Positions 39,942-49,507 of a stretch of DNA of 64,000 bases are shown one piece after another. Under the pieces are notes generated by a model. That model was given only the letters and a program-made list of their open reading frames with translations, did not search any database and was not told where the DNA came from. The stretch is from the IMG/VR virus record IMGVR_UViG_3300042691_027609. One strand, given 5' to 3'. A program made the translations under genes and the position numbers. The DNA is from a virus. Numbering within the stretch: the stretch's first letter is position 1; every line of letters starts with the position of its first letter.

Positions 39942-40972
39942 TAAAAGTAGATCACGTTAAATTTAGAGATCAATTATTGAAAGTATTGGAGCGAAACAAT
40001 CTTTCTCATGATATCTCTATAGAAATAGTCGAGTCTCTTATTACAACGTCTTTAAGAGGCGTAGACTCACACGGAATAAATTTATTTCCGCATTATTATC
40101 AAGAGCTAATATCAGGTAGAATAAATAAAAATCCCAATATAACATTCAGCAATAATCTAACGTCAGCATTAGTGATGGATGCTGATAACACATTTGGACA
40201 TTATGCTGGATCATTAGCCGTGGAAAAATGCATAGATATAGCTAAATTTACAGGAATATCAATAGTTGTAGTAAAAAATTCTAACCATTTTGGAGCAGCA
40301 GCGTATTTTACTGAAAAAGCGGCTAAGAAAAATATGTTATCATTTGCGTTTTGCAATACTGAAGCACTAGTGAACGCATTTAACAGTAAAGAAGCATTTT
40401 TGGGAACTAATCCATTCTGTTTTTCTGCGCCTATGCATGAAGAAGAATCATTTTGTTTAGACATGGCAACATCTACCGTTCCTTGGAATAAAATCAAAAA
40501 TTATAGACGAGAAAACAAAAATTTAGAAAATGGATGGGCGTTAAATGATCAAGGGCTAGAAACCTTAAATCCGCATTTAGCGCATAGTTTAACTTCCATG
40601 GGTGGATATAAAGGATTCGGATTGGCAACAGTTATAGAAATCCTATGTTCAGGATTATCTGGAGGACCTATGAGCAAAGACATCGCTCCGTTGTATAATT
40701 TAGATATAATTGACGATAGAAAAATTAGTCACTGTTTTATAGCAATAGATATTGCTAAACTTATAAACATCGACTTGTTCAAATTGTATATGTCAAAATT
40801 ATCTAAACAAATCAGAAGTTTACCTAAAAGTTCAAGTGAAGAAGTGATGATTGCTGGAGACAAAGAAAAAAATGCATATAAAAATAGAATAGTAACTGGT
40901 ATACCTATTGACGAAAATAAATTTCAAGAGTTTTTAAATATATCAAAAGATTTTCAAAATACTATAATATGA
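39938..40972 (+). CDS. Ldh_2 family (type 2 malate/L-lactate) oxidoreductase
   Basis: RGVDSHG, NSNHFG, GTNPF, LDMATS, GGYKGFGL. Confidence 0.9.
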   Translation: MIKVDHVKFRDQLLKVLERNNLSHDISIEIVESLITTSLRGVDSHGINLFPHYYQELISGRINKNPNITFSNNLTSALVMDADNTFGHYAGSLAVEKCIDIAKFTGISIVVVKNSNHFGAAAYFTEKAAKKNMLSFAFCNTEALVNAFNSKEAFLGTNPFCFSAPMHEEESFCLDMATSTVPWNKIKNYRRENKNLENGWALNDQGLETLNPHLAHSLTSMGGYKGFGLATVIEILCSGLSGGPMSKDIAPLYNLDIIDDRKISHCFIAIDIAKLINIDLFKLYMSKLSKQIRSLPKSSSEEVMIAGDKEKNAYKNRIVTGIPIDENKFQEFLNISKDFQNTII

Positions 40973-41880
40973 ATGTAATAGTTACAGGAGGCGGTGGATT
41001 TTTAGGTAGTCACACAGTAAAAAAACTAATAAAAGAAAATCACAACGTTTTAGTTTTTTCTAAAAATTTCGAAAATGTTAAATCATGCTTAAACCAATGT
41101 AAAACTATTAGTGGCTATATAGATGAATTATGTATTCACGAAAAAGAGATTATCAATTTTTCACCAGATGTAGTTATACATTTTGGATGGAGCGGTGGAA
41201 ATAATAATGCAGACATAAATGAATCAAAGCAGTTTTTTGATAATCTTCCGCATAGCATAAAATTTCTAGAACTATTGAGTAGACTAGATAAAAAACCAAA
41301 ATTTATAGGGGTTGGAAGTTTTGCAGAGTACGGAAATGATCCGATGGTCTATTTAGAAAATTATAATGAAAAACCAAAAGATTTTTATGGACTATGTAAA
41401 AAAATGTTTCGTGAATATAGTGAAATGTTTTGTCAACAAAACTCAATAGATTGGACGTGGATAAGACCGTGTTTTATATATGGACCAAATGATGTATCTA
41501 CTAGATTAATTCCAAAAGTAATTAATAAGATGATAAAATCAGAACTTGTTCATCTCGATGATTGTGAAATTATTATAGATTACTTATACATCGATGATTT
41601 TTCTGATTTAGTATACGAATTAATTATCACAAAAAATGTAGGAATCTATAACATTTGCTCAGGAAAAAAATATATTTTAAAAGATGTTATAAACAAAATA
41701 AAAGAATTAACAAATTCAAAATCAAAATTGATTTTTGATAAAACGATGAATAAAAAAGATAGACGAAAAATGATTTGCGGAAGTAACCTAAAAATAAAAT
41801 TATCGACAAATAAGGAGAATTATATAGATTTAGAAGAAGGAATAAAACAAACTATTGATCATATTAAAAACGCAATGTAA
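40969..41880 (+). CDS. NAD-dependent sugar epimerase/reductase (extended SDR)
   Basis: TGGGGFLG, GSFAEYG, YGLCK, IYGP. Confidence 0.88.
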   Translation: MNVIVTGGGGFLGSHTVKKLIKENHNVLVFSKNFENVKSCLNQCKTISGYIDELCIHEKEIINFSPDVVIHFGWSGGNNNADINESKQFFDNLPHSIKFLELLSRLDKKPKFIGVGSFAEYGNDPMVYLENYNEKPKDFYGLCKKMFREYSEMFCQQNSIDWTWIRPCFIYGPNDVSTRLIPKVINKMIKSELVHLDDCEIIIDYLYIDDFSDLVYELIITKNVGIYNICSGKKYILKDVINKIKELTNSKSKLIFDKTMNKKDRRKMICGSNLKIKLSTNKENYIDLEEGIKQTIDHIKNAM

Positions 41881-41882
41881 AA

Positions 41883-42527
41883 ATGAAAGATTTAGTAACT
41901 ATAAAAGATAATAAATGGGTTTGGCCAAAAAGTGATGAAAACAGTTGGAACGGTCAAAATGAGTATCAAGATTTACATTCTCATGTTTTGCCTTACGTAA
42001 AAAATAAAAACGTAATGATACAAGCTGGCGGAAATTGTGGATTCATGTTAAGTAAGTTCGTAGAACATTTTAAAACGGTGTATACATTTGAACCAGATCC
42101 AATAAATTTTTATTGCTTAAACCAAAATGTAACTCAAGAAAATGTTATAAAAATGCAATGTTGTTTGGGCTCAAATAACGAGCCAGTAAAAGTGCAACAG
42201 TTAATTAGACCCGGTAGATTGCATGACACGGGCGGAGTGCATGTTGCAGGATCTGGATATACACCGTCTATAACTATCGATAGTTTAAATTTACCGGAGT
42301 GTAACCTCATTCAATTGGATATTGAGGGTTTTGAATTAAACGCTTTATTAGGAGGCATTAAAACAATACAAAAATTTAAACCGGTACTATGTATAGAATT
42401 CTGTGAAAAGTGGTTGAATAGATACGATAGTAGTTCTGAAAAAATAGAAAATCTTCTTCAAGATCTCGGATATGAGCAAAAAGAAACCTGCGGAGTTGAT
42501 AGGATTTACACTTATAAAAATAACTAA
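41883..42527 (+). CDS. FkbM family methyltransferase
   Basis: QAGGNCG, TFEP, LDIEGFE. Confidence 0.88.
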   Translation: MKDLVTIKDNKWVWPKSDENSWNGQNEYQDLHSHVLPYVKNKNVMIQAGGNCGFMLSKFVEHFKTVYTFEPDPINFYCLNQNVTQENVIKMQCCLGSNNEPVKVQQLIRPGRLHDTGGVHVAGSGYTPSITIDSLNLPECNLIQLDIEGFELNALLGGIKTIQKFKPVLCIEFCEKWLNRYDSSSEKIENLLQDLGYEQKETCGVDRIYTYKNN

Positions 42528-43802
42528 ATGATAACATTTGCAACAAATACTGCAAAAAATACTTTAGAATATACCAAACTTCTTTTAAGATCTTTAAAAG
42601 AGAATTTAGATAATAAAGAGCATGAGATTCTTGTTTTCATAGATTCTGATAATGATGGAACTTTAGAATATTTGAGATCAATTAAATCTGATTTTCACGA
42701 TCTAAAAATAGTTACGCACAAAGTATCTCCCATAATAGGACCAGAAAGAAATTGTAATCTTATTGTAGATTTAGCAAAATACGATATAGTTAGCTATTTA
42801 CAAAGTGATATGGTAATTTCCAAACACTATGATACTCAAATTCTGAATAGTTTAGAAGATAATACTATAATGAGTTCTACTAGAATAGAACCTCCTCTAC
42901 ACTGGCAATCGCAAATGACATTTACTGCTAACTTTGGTTTAGATCCCAATACATTCAAGTTCGATGAATTTATATCATACGCGGAAACGGTTAAGTCAAA
43001 CAAAGAGATAGAATACTTTTTCGCTCCGTATACTTTTCATAAAGATACTTGGAATAAAATGGGAGGATATGATACAGTATTTAGAAGATCAAGATGCGAT
43101 TCTGATTTAGTACAAAGATGTAAACATTTGGGTATAAAACTAAAACAGACGTTTGCATCAAATGTATATCATTTTACGTGTGTATCGTCAAGAGGAAAAA
43201 ATTGGTTTGATCAAACTAATCAAAGGGCTCAAGATAGAGTAAAGCTTCAAAATTTAGCTGATCAAATTGAACTTAGAAGATTTTTTAAAAAGTGGGGAAA
43301 CTTTAATCATGGAGAAAAGCTTTTAAAAAAATACGATTGCGATTTAGTTATAAAAGGAACTAACGAATTGGAAGTATTGAGTAACGCATATAGACTTGAA
43401 CCATATTTTAGTAGAGTTTGGATTGAATATCAAACAGGCATAAATACGTTGATTGACGCCCATTCCAAAGATCATGATCCAGCAAATCAACTTTATGATT
43501 TTACTCAAGAAGATTGGGAGAATTCAAAAAAATTTTATAATCAAATAGACTATTCAAAAATTTACTTATTTGGAAATCCCACAACGTACTCAGTAAAAAT
43601 AGAAATGGATTTAGATAAAAAAGAATTTTCATTTCTCAGTGAAAATACTCTTTTAAATTTAAATCAACTAATAGAACAGACAGAGCCTGGAGATTATGAA
43701 TCTGGAAATTGTATAATATCTGTACGAGAAGCTAAAGACATAACACCACCACTTAAAGTAGAGAATCCGCCTTTCGATATGAGTTTATTAACAATAGAAT
43801 AA
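42528..43802 (+). CDS. GT2-like glycosyltransferase
   Basis: DGT.EYL, QSDM, GGYD, DSD, VYHF. Confidence 0.78.
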   Translation: MITFATNTAKNTLEYTKLLLRSLKENLDNKEHEILVFIDSDNDGTLEYLRSIKSDFHDLKIVTHKVSPIIGPERNCNLIVDLAKYDIVSYLQSDMVISKHYDTQILNSLEDNTIMSSTRIEPPLHWQSQMTFTANFGLDPNTFKFDEFISYAETVKSNKEIEYFFAPYTFHKDTWNKMGGYDTVFRRSRCDSDLVQRCKHLGIKLKQTFASNVYHFTCVSSRGKNWFDQTNQRAQDRVKLQNLADQIELRRFFKKWGNFNHGEKLLKKYDCDLVIKGTNELEVLSNAYRLEPYFSRVWIEYQTGINTLIDAHSKDHDPANQLYDFTQEDWENSKKFYNQIDYSKIYLFGNPTTYSVKIEMDLDKKEFSFLSENTLLNLNQLIEQTEPGDYESGNCIISVREAKDITPPLKVENPPFDMSLLTIE

Positions 43803-43820
43803 TATTTATAAAAAAACAAA

Positions 43821-44123
43821 ATGCAAGCAGCAAGACCAAAAGCATCAGTAAATATAGAAGGCAAAAAACTCGGTCTATTATTTGACATCAGTTCAGCGCA
43901 GACCAAGAAAGGGGTTAAACTTCATTTTGTGCTCGACAAAAAATTCAATGATCCTAGAGAAAAACAAGCGCTTGCGTCAAAAATATCTACTGCGTTACAA
44001 AAAAAGTTTGGAGAGGCAGGTATAGTTATAGATTACGATGAGAGATCACCTTACGAAAATGCAATTACGTATTTGGTACCACTACAATCTATATCTGAGT
44101 TTTTACTGAAAGCATTAAAATAA
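43821..44123 (+). CDS. Hypothetical protein
   Basis: 100-aa ORF after ATATTTAT at 43802. Confidence 0.65.
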   Translation: MQAARPKASVNIEGKKLGLLFDISSAQTKKGVKLHFVLDKKFNDPREKQALASKISTALQKKFGEAGIVIDYDERSPYENAITYLVPLQSISEFLLKALK

Positions 44124-44141
44124 TAAAAAAACTAATCGGTT

Positions 44142-44501
44142 GTGGCTAAAAGAAAGACTATACGAGCAATATTCGAAGACGTTGAGAACTTAACAACTGA
44201 AGAGATACTCAAATCGCAAGCATTAAAGGACCTACTTAAGATACAAGTTCCTGTTTCAATATTAGATGCGCATAAATCAAAGAAGCAATCAGCACCTATA
44301 TTTGAAATAAATTCTACAGATCATTACATCGAAATTTCAAAAAAAGATTGGATACAAGCTTTAGAGACTTGTATAATTTGGTATTTAGAAACCGAAGAAT
44401 ACGAAAAGTGTTCTAAAATCAGGGACATTATAGAAGACTTGCAAAAAAAGCCCGTCAAAAAAATAAACATTAAAACTGAAAATAATGGCGGAGAATTATA
44501 A
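44142..44501 (+). CDS. Hypothetical protein with UVR-like helix, probable paralogue of 20728
   Basis: IFEI...L..C.......EEYEKCSKIRDII. Confidence 0.6.
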   Translation: MAKRKTIRAIFEDVENLTTEEILKSQALKDLLKIQVPVSILDAHKSKKQSAPIFEINSTDHYIEISKKDWIQALETCIIWYLETEEYEKCSKIRDIIEDLQKKPVKKINIKTENNGGEL

Positions 44502-44886
44502 AAACGTACAAGGCGCTATAGACAATCTACTAAATATAAAATGTTTAGTTAGAAGAAAGCGTAAGAACGAATACGATAAAAAGAAAGAGCTATTCATTCA
44601 CGCAGTAAATAATATAGAAACAGCTATTATAAGATCAAACATAGCACTTACAGATTTTGGTTTAGACTACTCTGATTATGACGAAGTATACTTTTCATCT
44701 ATAGATGCGCTTCTACTTTTATCATTCGGTAAAGACGCAGCTGAACTAATAGCATTTTATCTTTGGGACAGAATCAATCCAGACGGATCTGTCAATCCTA
44801 TATACGACGAAAACAACAACGAAATAGTTCTCAAAGACATCAATCAACTTTGGGAATTAGTTTGTAAGTTGAATCCAAAAATATAG
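44485..44886 (+). CDS. Hypothetical protein
   Basis: 133-aa ORF in operon-like arrangement. Confidence 0.65.
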   Translation: MAENYKNVQGAIDNLLNIKCLVRRKRKNEYDKKKELFIHAVNNIETAIIRSNIALTDFGLDYSDYDEVYFSSIDALLLLSFGKDAAELIAFYLWDRINPDGSVNPIYDENNNEIVLKDINQLWELVCKLNPKI

Positions 44887-44888
44887 TT

Positions 44889-45590
44889 ATGGCAAAACCA
44901 TTAAGATACGACGGATATCAATTCACAGAAGAGGACATTCGTAGAGCGATGGCGCACACGCGTAGCAATGCAGAGGCTGCAAGATTTTTACAAGTGTGTG
45001 TAACCACTTATCAGAAGTACGCAAAGATGTACATAGATCAATTGACAGGTAAATCTCTTTGGCATCTACACATGAACATCGCTTCAAAGGGTATACCGAG
45101 AAAATGGAATACTGGAGAATTGAAAGGAGATCTAGATAAGATGCTTACAGAAAAACAATTGAACAATCCCAAAAGACTTGGCATGCTCAAGGCGCTGCTA
45201 ATGAAAGACGGCAGATTAGGTTATTGCTGCGATGCCTGTGGTCATTCAGAACGCAGACTGACAGACATGAAGCAGCCATTAATGCTATCATTTAGAAACG
45301 GCATAAGAACCGATTGGAGATTAGAGAATTTGAAGTGGCTTTGTTATAACTGCGCTTTTATACTCGGACTCGATTATTTTTCCAATCGCATGATCAGAGA
45401 CATGGAATCCCATTCAGATGCCACAGACCAACACAGAGAAGAAATAAAATCTTTTTATCAACTCGATGATTTTTACTTAGACCATTTAGACAAACTCGGA
45501 CTAAACGATAAAGGCGACATCGTAAATAAATCGAGTGAAGACATAATTACAGAGAGAGATGACGCGGAAGATCTTATTGATCGAATCTAG
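44889..45590 (+). CDS. HTH plus degenerate HNH-fold protein
   Basis: SNAEAARFL helix; CDAC...LENLKWLCYNC, with the catalytic His positions replaced. Confidence 0.65.
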   Translation: MAKPLRYDGYQFTEEDIRRAMAHTRSNAEAARFLQVCVTTYQKYAKMYIDQLTGKSLWHLHMNIASKGIPRKWNTGELKGDLDKMLTEKQLNNPKRLGMLKALLMKDGRLGYCCDACGHSERRLTDMKQPLMLSFRNGIRTDWRLENLKWLCYNCAFILGLDYFSNRMIRDMESHSDATDQHREEIKSFYQLDDFYLDHLDKLGLNDKGDIVNKSSEDIITERDDAEDLIDRI

Positions 45591-45693
45591 TCGCAACTCG
45601 TTGGTTTCCCCTGAAATTTTTTTTATCACACGCAAACAAAAGTTCCAATTTGTAAAAATGATTGGTAAATTGTATTTACTAAACCTTAAGAAA

Positions 45694-45882
45694 ATGAATA
45701 CTAATCAAGAAAAAACATTGTTGCTGAAAAAAACTATTGCGGAGTACAATTCCTGGTGCAAACAGTTCAACATTAGTTCCATGTGGGGAAAATCAGGTGT
45801 TAAACGGCAAAGTAGCCCAGACGAATTTAATGCCGATAAATTTAAAAAAATGATAGAATCAAAAACATGGAATCTAGCGTAA
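45694..45882 (+). CDS. Hypothetical protein
   Basis: Likely start MNTNQ at 45694. Confidence 0.5.
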   Translation: MNTNQEKTLLLKKTIAEYNSWCKQFNISSMWGKSGVKRQSSPDEFNADKFKKMIESKTWNLA

Positions 45883-46274
45883 AAAAGAAACCGACTCACC
45901 ACGATGCCAAAAAGATTCTACAGTGGTGTGTGGAAAAATACGGAGAGAGCAAAGTCAATGGTCATATACCGGTTATAGAATACAGAAAACCTGATTACTC
46001 TCAAGAAGATTATAGTGGATATTACGATGAAGACGAAGAACTAATATTCGTGAATAGAGAGTTGGTAACTACCATCAAAGAACTTGTTAAGACTATCATT
46101 CACGAGTACTGCCACTACAGATACCATCTAATGGAAGATTATTACGTACTTGCAAAATACCTAAAAAGATCTGACAATCCAATGGAAAAAGAAGCCGAGA
46201 AAATTGAGAACCGTGATTATAAGAAGTGCGTTAACGAACTTTTTAAATTAGAAAAAAATAAAGTGCAAAAGTAG
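45867..46274 (+). CDS. HExxH zincin-like metalloprotein
   Basis: GYY, TIIHEYCH, PMEKEA. Confidence 0.75.
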   Translation: MESSVKKKPTHHDAKKILQWCVEKYGESKVNGHIPVIEYRKPDYSQEDYSGYYDEDEELIFVNRELVTTIKELVKTIIHEYCHYRYHLMEDYYVLAKYLKRSDNPMEKEAEKIENRDYKKCVNELFKLEKNKVQK

Positions 46275-46304
46275 ATTACATAAAAAAAACCGTATTTATT
46301 GTAT

Positions 46305-46517
46305 ATGCTAACACAAGAAAAACTGGACAGAATTGCGGAAATTGCCATACCTCCAGGAACCCATCCGTACTTACACGTAGATTGTCAAACAGCGTGGATC
46401 AAGAGGGTTAAAGTTTTGATAAAAAGAAAGCATATAAAACCTAATATTAAAAACTTGACTATATTAGCTAAAAATTGGGAATCCCTGTTATTTAACTATT
46501 ATAGTACTCAAAACTAA
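46305..46517 (+). CDS. Hypothetical protein
   Basis: ATG at 46305 after GTATTTAT. Confidence 0.5.
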   Translation: MLTQEKLDRIAEIAIPPGTHPYLHVDCQTAWIKRVKVLIKRKHIKPNIKNLTILAKNWESLLFNYYSTQN

Positions 46518-46527
46518 TCGCAAGAGA

Positions 46528-46848
46528 ATGGTCCCATTGCAAATTTCAATTAAAGAATTAAGCAACGTTGTGTTACAGTACGGAATCTTAGGTATACTAG
46601 CAGTCGTATTAGGGTATTTTGCTTGGCATACATACAAACAAATAGCAAAAAAGAACGACGAAGAATACCAAAGACTGCTCGAGAGAAACGAAAAACTCGA
46701 AACAGAAGTAGAGAAACTGAGAGACGAAATGATGAAACTGATTGTAGAAGAGAGAGATAGAATGGCGACGCTAGTAAAAGCAAACACTGATGCGATTATA
46801 GAATTAAGGAAGACCATTATAGACTATCTCCTTAATCACGCAGAGTAG
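46528..46848 (+). CDS. Single-TM coiled-coil protein (BhlA-like holin architecture)
   Basis: QYGILGILAVVLGYFAW followed by coiled coil. Confidence 0.55.
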   Translation: MVPLQISIKELSNVVLQYGILGILAVVLGYFAWHTYKQIAKKNDEEYQRLLERNEKLETEVEKLRDEMMKLIVEERDRMATLVKANTDAIIELRKTIIDYLLNHAE

Positions 46849-46878
46849 ATTGTTAACAAAAAACCATCTTATGTACGC

Positions 46879-47157
46879 ATGGACAAGAAATCATCATTTC
46901 TCAGTAAGATGGCAGATAAGTTGCTAAAATCCGCAGATCAAGCCGACGCTTGGAAAAAATCCAAAGAAAAATCAGACCGCTTAAAAAAACTTCACGAAGC
47001 TTTGACAGAAAAGTATAAGTTCAACATGTCAAAGGGATACGATAACGATTCAGTGTTGGTTGATATAGATTTTGTAAAAAGAGTGGAAAAGAAGTTAACT
47101 TTGACAGAGATAGAAGATCGCAAACTAAACTCATTGTTTTTTAAATATCGAATTTAG
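46879..47157 (+). CDS. Hypothetical basic protein
   Basis: 92-aa ORF. Confidence 0.55.
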   Translation: MDKKSSFLSKMADKLLKSADQADAWKKSKEKSDRLKKLHEALTEKYKFNMSKGYDNDSVLVDIDFVKRVEKKLTLTEIEDRKLNSLFFKYRI

Positions 47158-47231
47158 TCTTTCTTCAGCATATTTATATTAGATCTATAACGGTCAATAA
47201 TATGGCCAATTAAGAACAAAAAACAAAAAAA

Positions 47232-47411
47232 ATGAACAAAGAACAAATTTTGGGTATCATCCGCCACGCATTAACTTTCGTAGGTGGTATTTTCGTTATC
47301 AAAGGTCTAGCTAATGAAGCTGTGACTGAAGAAACAATCGGTGCGATCATGACAGCAGTCGGTGCTGTTTGGTCCTTCGTTAAAAACGGATCGACTACTA
47401 AAGCATCTTAA
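47232..47411 (+). CDS. Small two-TM holin-like protein (absent from the ORF track)
   Basis: MNKEQILGIIRHALTFVGGIFVIKG...GAVWS; ATATTTAT upstream and hairpin downstream. Confidence 0.75.
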   Translation: MNKEQILGIIRHALTFVGGIFVIKGLANEAVTEETIGAIMTAVGAVWSFVKNGSTTKAS

Positions 47412-47506
47412 TATACCCCCACAATCTATCGTCAATGGGCCTCCTATATGGGGGCCCTTTCTATTGGGAATCAATCAGTTATGGGTATTACGAAAAAATA
47501 TATATA

Positions 47507-47594
47507 TAAAGCGTTGGTTCTCCCTGAAGTATTTTTGAAAATAGTTGCGTAAAAGTTTTTTTGTATCACGGAAAGCAGTACTTTTACACTGTTC
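47507..47594 (+). repeat. Repeated upstream element, copy A (probable early promoter/operator)
   Basis: TAAAGCGTTGGTTCTCCCTGA and TTTTTGAAAATAGTTGC shared with 51275-51363. Confidence 0.8.
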
Positions 47595-47636
47595 GCCCAA
47601 GATAGGGTATCAAATAACAAAAAAACACAATAAGTT

Positions 47637-48419
47637 ATGAAATTGACGTACAAAAACGCTGCTCAAGCAAAACGCGACACAGGACTGTCTTACATTGGAG
47701 CTATCAATTCAAGCGCCAAGATCCTAAAAAACGAAAAATACAACGAGCTTACGTACATTATTTATTTGGCCCCCGCGGACCTGAGCGGGTATGAGGTGTG
47801 TCCGAAGCGTACTGCTGAGTGTACTCACGCATGCCTGTTCGGCAGCGGTCAAGTTATCATGGACAAAACTAATCGCATCGTCGAATCACGTATTAAGAAG
47901 ACACAGATGTTTTTCCAAAATCGCGAGTACTTCATGTCGTGGGTAGTAAAAGAGATCGAGCAAGCTAAAGCAAAAGCCGAAAAGAAGGGCATGAAATTCT
48001 CCGTGCGATTGAATGGTACTTCGGATCTGCAACCAACTTTATTTAAGCACGAAGGCAAAGTGCTTTTCGATATATTTCCAGATGTACAATTCTACGACTA
48101 CACAAAAGTTAACAGACGTTTTGAGCTACTATCTAAATACAAAAACTACGATCTCACGTTCAGTTACTCTGGACACAATTGGTTCGAGTGTAAAGATATT
48201 CTCGATAGCAAATCAGGTCGCGTAGCTGTCGTGTTCGAAAAGAATTTACCAGAGACATACAAAGGATATAAAGTTGTCGACGGTGATGCGTACGATATGC
48301 GATACGTAGACGAACAAGGCGTGATCGTTGGCTTGAAGTTCAAACGTGTAAAGAATAAAGTAGAGAAGACCAACAACGCATTCATCGTAGCGATAGACGA
48401 TATAAATAGAAATAAATAA
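47637..48419 (+). CDS. GP88-like phage protein with Cx6Cx3C motif
   Basis: VCPKRTAECTHACL, RLNGTSD, QFYDYTK, LTFS, GD..D.R..D...IVGL. Confidence 0.7.
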   Translation: MKLTYKNAAQAKRDTGLSYIGAINSSAKILKNEKYNELTYIIYLAPADLSGYEVCPKRTAECTHACLFGSGQVIMDKTNRIVESRIKKTQMFFQNREYFMSWVVKEIEQAKAKAEKKGMKFSVRLNGTSDLQPTLFKHEGKVLFDIFPDVQFYDYTKVNRRFELLSKYKNYDLTFSYSGHNWFECKDILDSKSGRVAVVFEKNLPETYKGYKVVDGDAYDMRYVDEQGVIVGLKFKRVKNKVEKTNNAFIVAIDDINRNK

Positions 48420-48429
48420 AATAAATAAT

Positions 48430-48561
48430 ATGAAATTAGAGTTAAATGATTTGCAATGTTGGGATCACATGTATTATGTTGGACACTTAATAGATTTGGA
48501 TGGTGATGGTTGGGTAAACGAAGAGACGGCAATAGAAATATTAAAAACAATCAATCAATAA
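48430..48561 (+). CDS. 43-aa hypothetical protein (absent from the ORF track)
   Basis: MKLELNDLQCWDHMYYVGHLIDLDGDGWVNEETAIEILKTINQ; A-rich leader. Confidence 0.5.
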   Translation: MKLELNDLQCWDHMYYVGHLIDLDGDGWVNEETAIEILKTINQ

Positions 48562-48566
48562 AAGTT

Positions 48567-48866
48567 ATGACAACAAAACAATTCAACGAATTACAACGTC
48601 AAGCGGACGTAATTGAAGAAGCAGCTAAACAAAAAATTGTTAACGAAGCAATGGATCTGTACATAGAGACAGTGCCTCTTGAAACGACAGACATCGACAC
48701 AGAACCTGAGAAATGGCATCAACTGTATTTACAAGAGTGCAAGCTGTTTGATTTGCTTCGCAAAATGGACTGGGCACAAGGCGAAGAGTACAGACACAGA
48801 GTTAGAATATACAACATCGATCATGGCATTTCGAACAAGAATCCATGGAACAAAGATCAATTTTAA
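48567..48866 (+). CDS. Hypothetical protein
   Basis: AATAAAAGTTATG start at 48567. Confidence 0.65.
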   Translation: MTTKQFNELQRQADVIEEAAKQKIVNEAMDLYIETVPLETTDIDTEPEKWHQLYLQECKLFDLLRKMDWAQGEEYRHRVRIYNIDHGISNKNPWNKDQF

Positions 48867-48889
48867 TTCAATCAAATAAATATAAAACG

Positions 48890-49303
48890 ATGAGCACATT
48901 TACAATTGACTTTTTTGAATTAGCATTTTTGGCTGAGGCATGTATACCGCCACGTCCAATCGCACGAGCTATGTTTTGGCAAGATCTAACTAAGAGATAC
49001 TGGGCACAGATGACAGAAGGTGAACGTGCCCATATATTTGAGTGGCTAAATAGGAATGATTGGTATAAGGAAAGTCTACAGAAAGAAACAGATACAAAGA
49101 TATTCCACGCTCGTTTTGATCCTGATAATCAGTACACAATTAAAACTAAACATAACGATAAGGAAGAAGAACATCGTGCATTTAAACGTCATGGATCAGA
49201 AGAAGATGGTTTCACTAATCGATATTATGTAGGACACGACACTTACATTCCAGAAGAATATATCTTATCAGTAACAAAATTCACACCAAAAAGAGAATAT
49301 TAA
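48890..49303 (+). CDS. Hypothetical protein
   Basis: Likely start MSTFTIDFFE. Confidence 0.65.
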   Translation: MSTFTIDFFELAFLAEACIPPRPIARAMFWQDLTKRYWAQMTEGERAHIFEWLNRNDWYKESLQKETDTKIFHARFDPDNQYTIKTKHNDKEEEHRAFKRHGSEEDGFTNRYYVGHDTYIPEEYILSVTKFTPKREY

Positions 49304-49324
49304 TAAACCAAAAAAATAAAAGTT

Positions 49325-49504
49325 ATGGACACAAACAAAATTGATACTCCAACATTGATAGTAATTGTTATATTGATGATGGGACTTATTAACGGATTGA
49401 TGAGCTGTAAAACAGTTTACCTAAAAGACAGTCAGACAAATAAGTGGTCGTCTCAACCGAAAAAATCTCAAGTAACAGGTTGGAATTATTTAAATATAAA
49501 GTAA
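49325..49504 (+). CDS. Small membrane/lipoprotein (absent from the ORF track)
   Basis: AAAAGTTATG start; hydrophobic stretch ending LMSC. Confidence 0.5.
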   Translation: MDTNKIDTPTLIVIVILMMGLINGLMSCKTVYLKDSQTNKWSSQPKKSQVTGWNYLNIK

Positions 49505-49507
49505 TAT

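Noticed and set aside
48430-48561. EF-hand in DLDGDGWVNEET
   Set aside because: Position 12 is Thr rather than Glu and there is no paired hand; too weak to call
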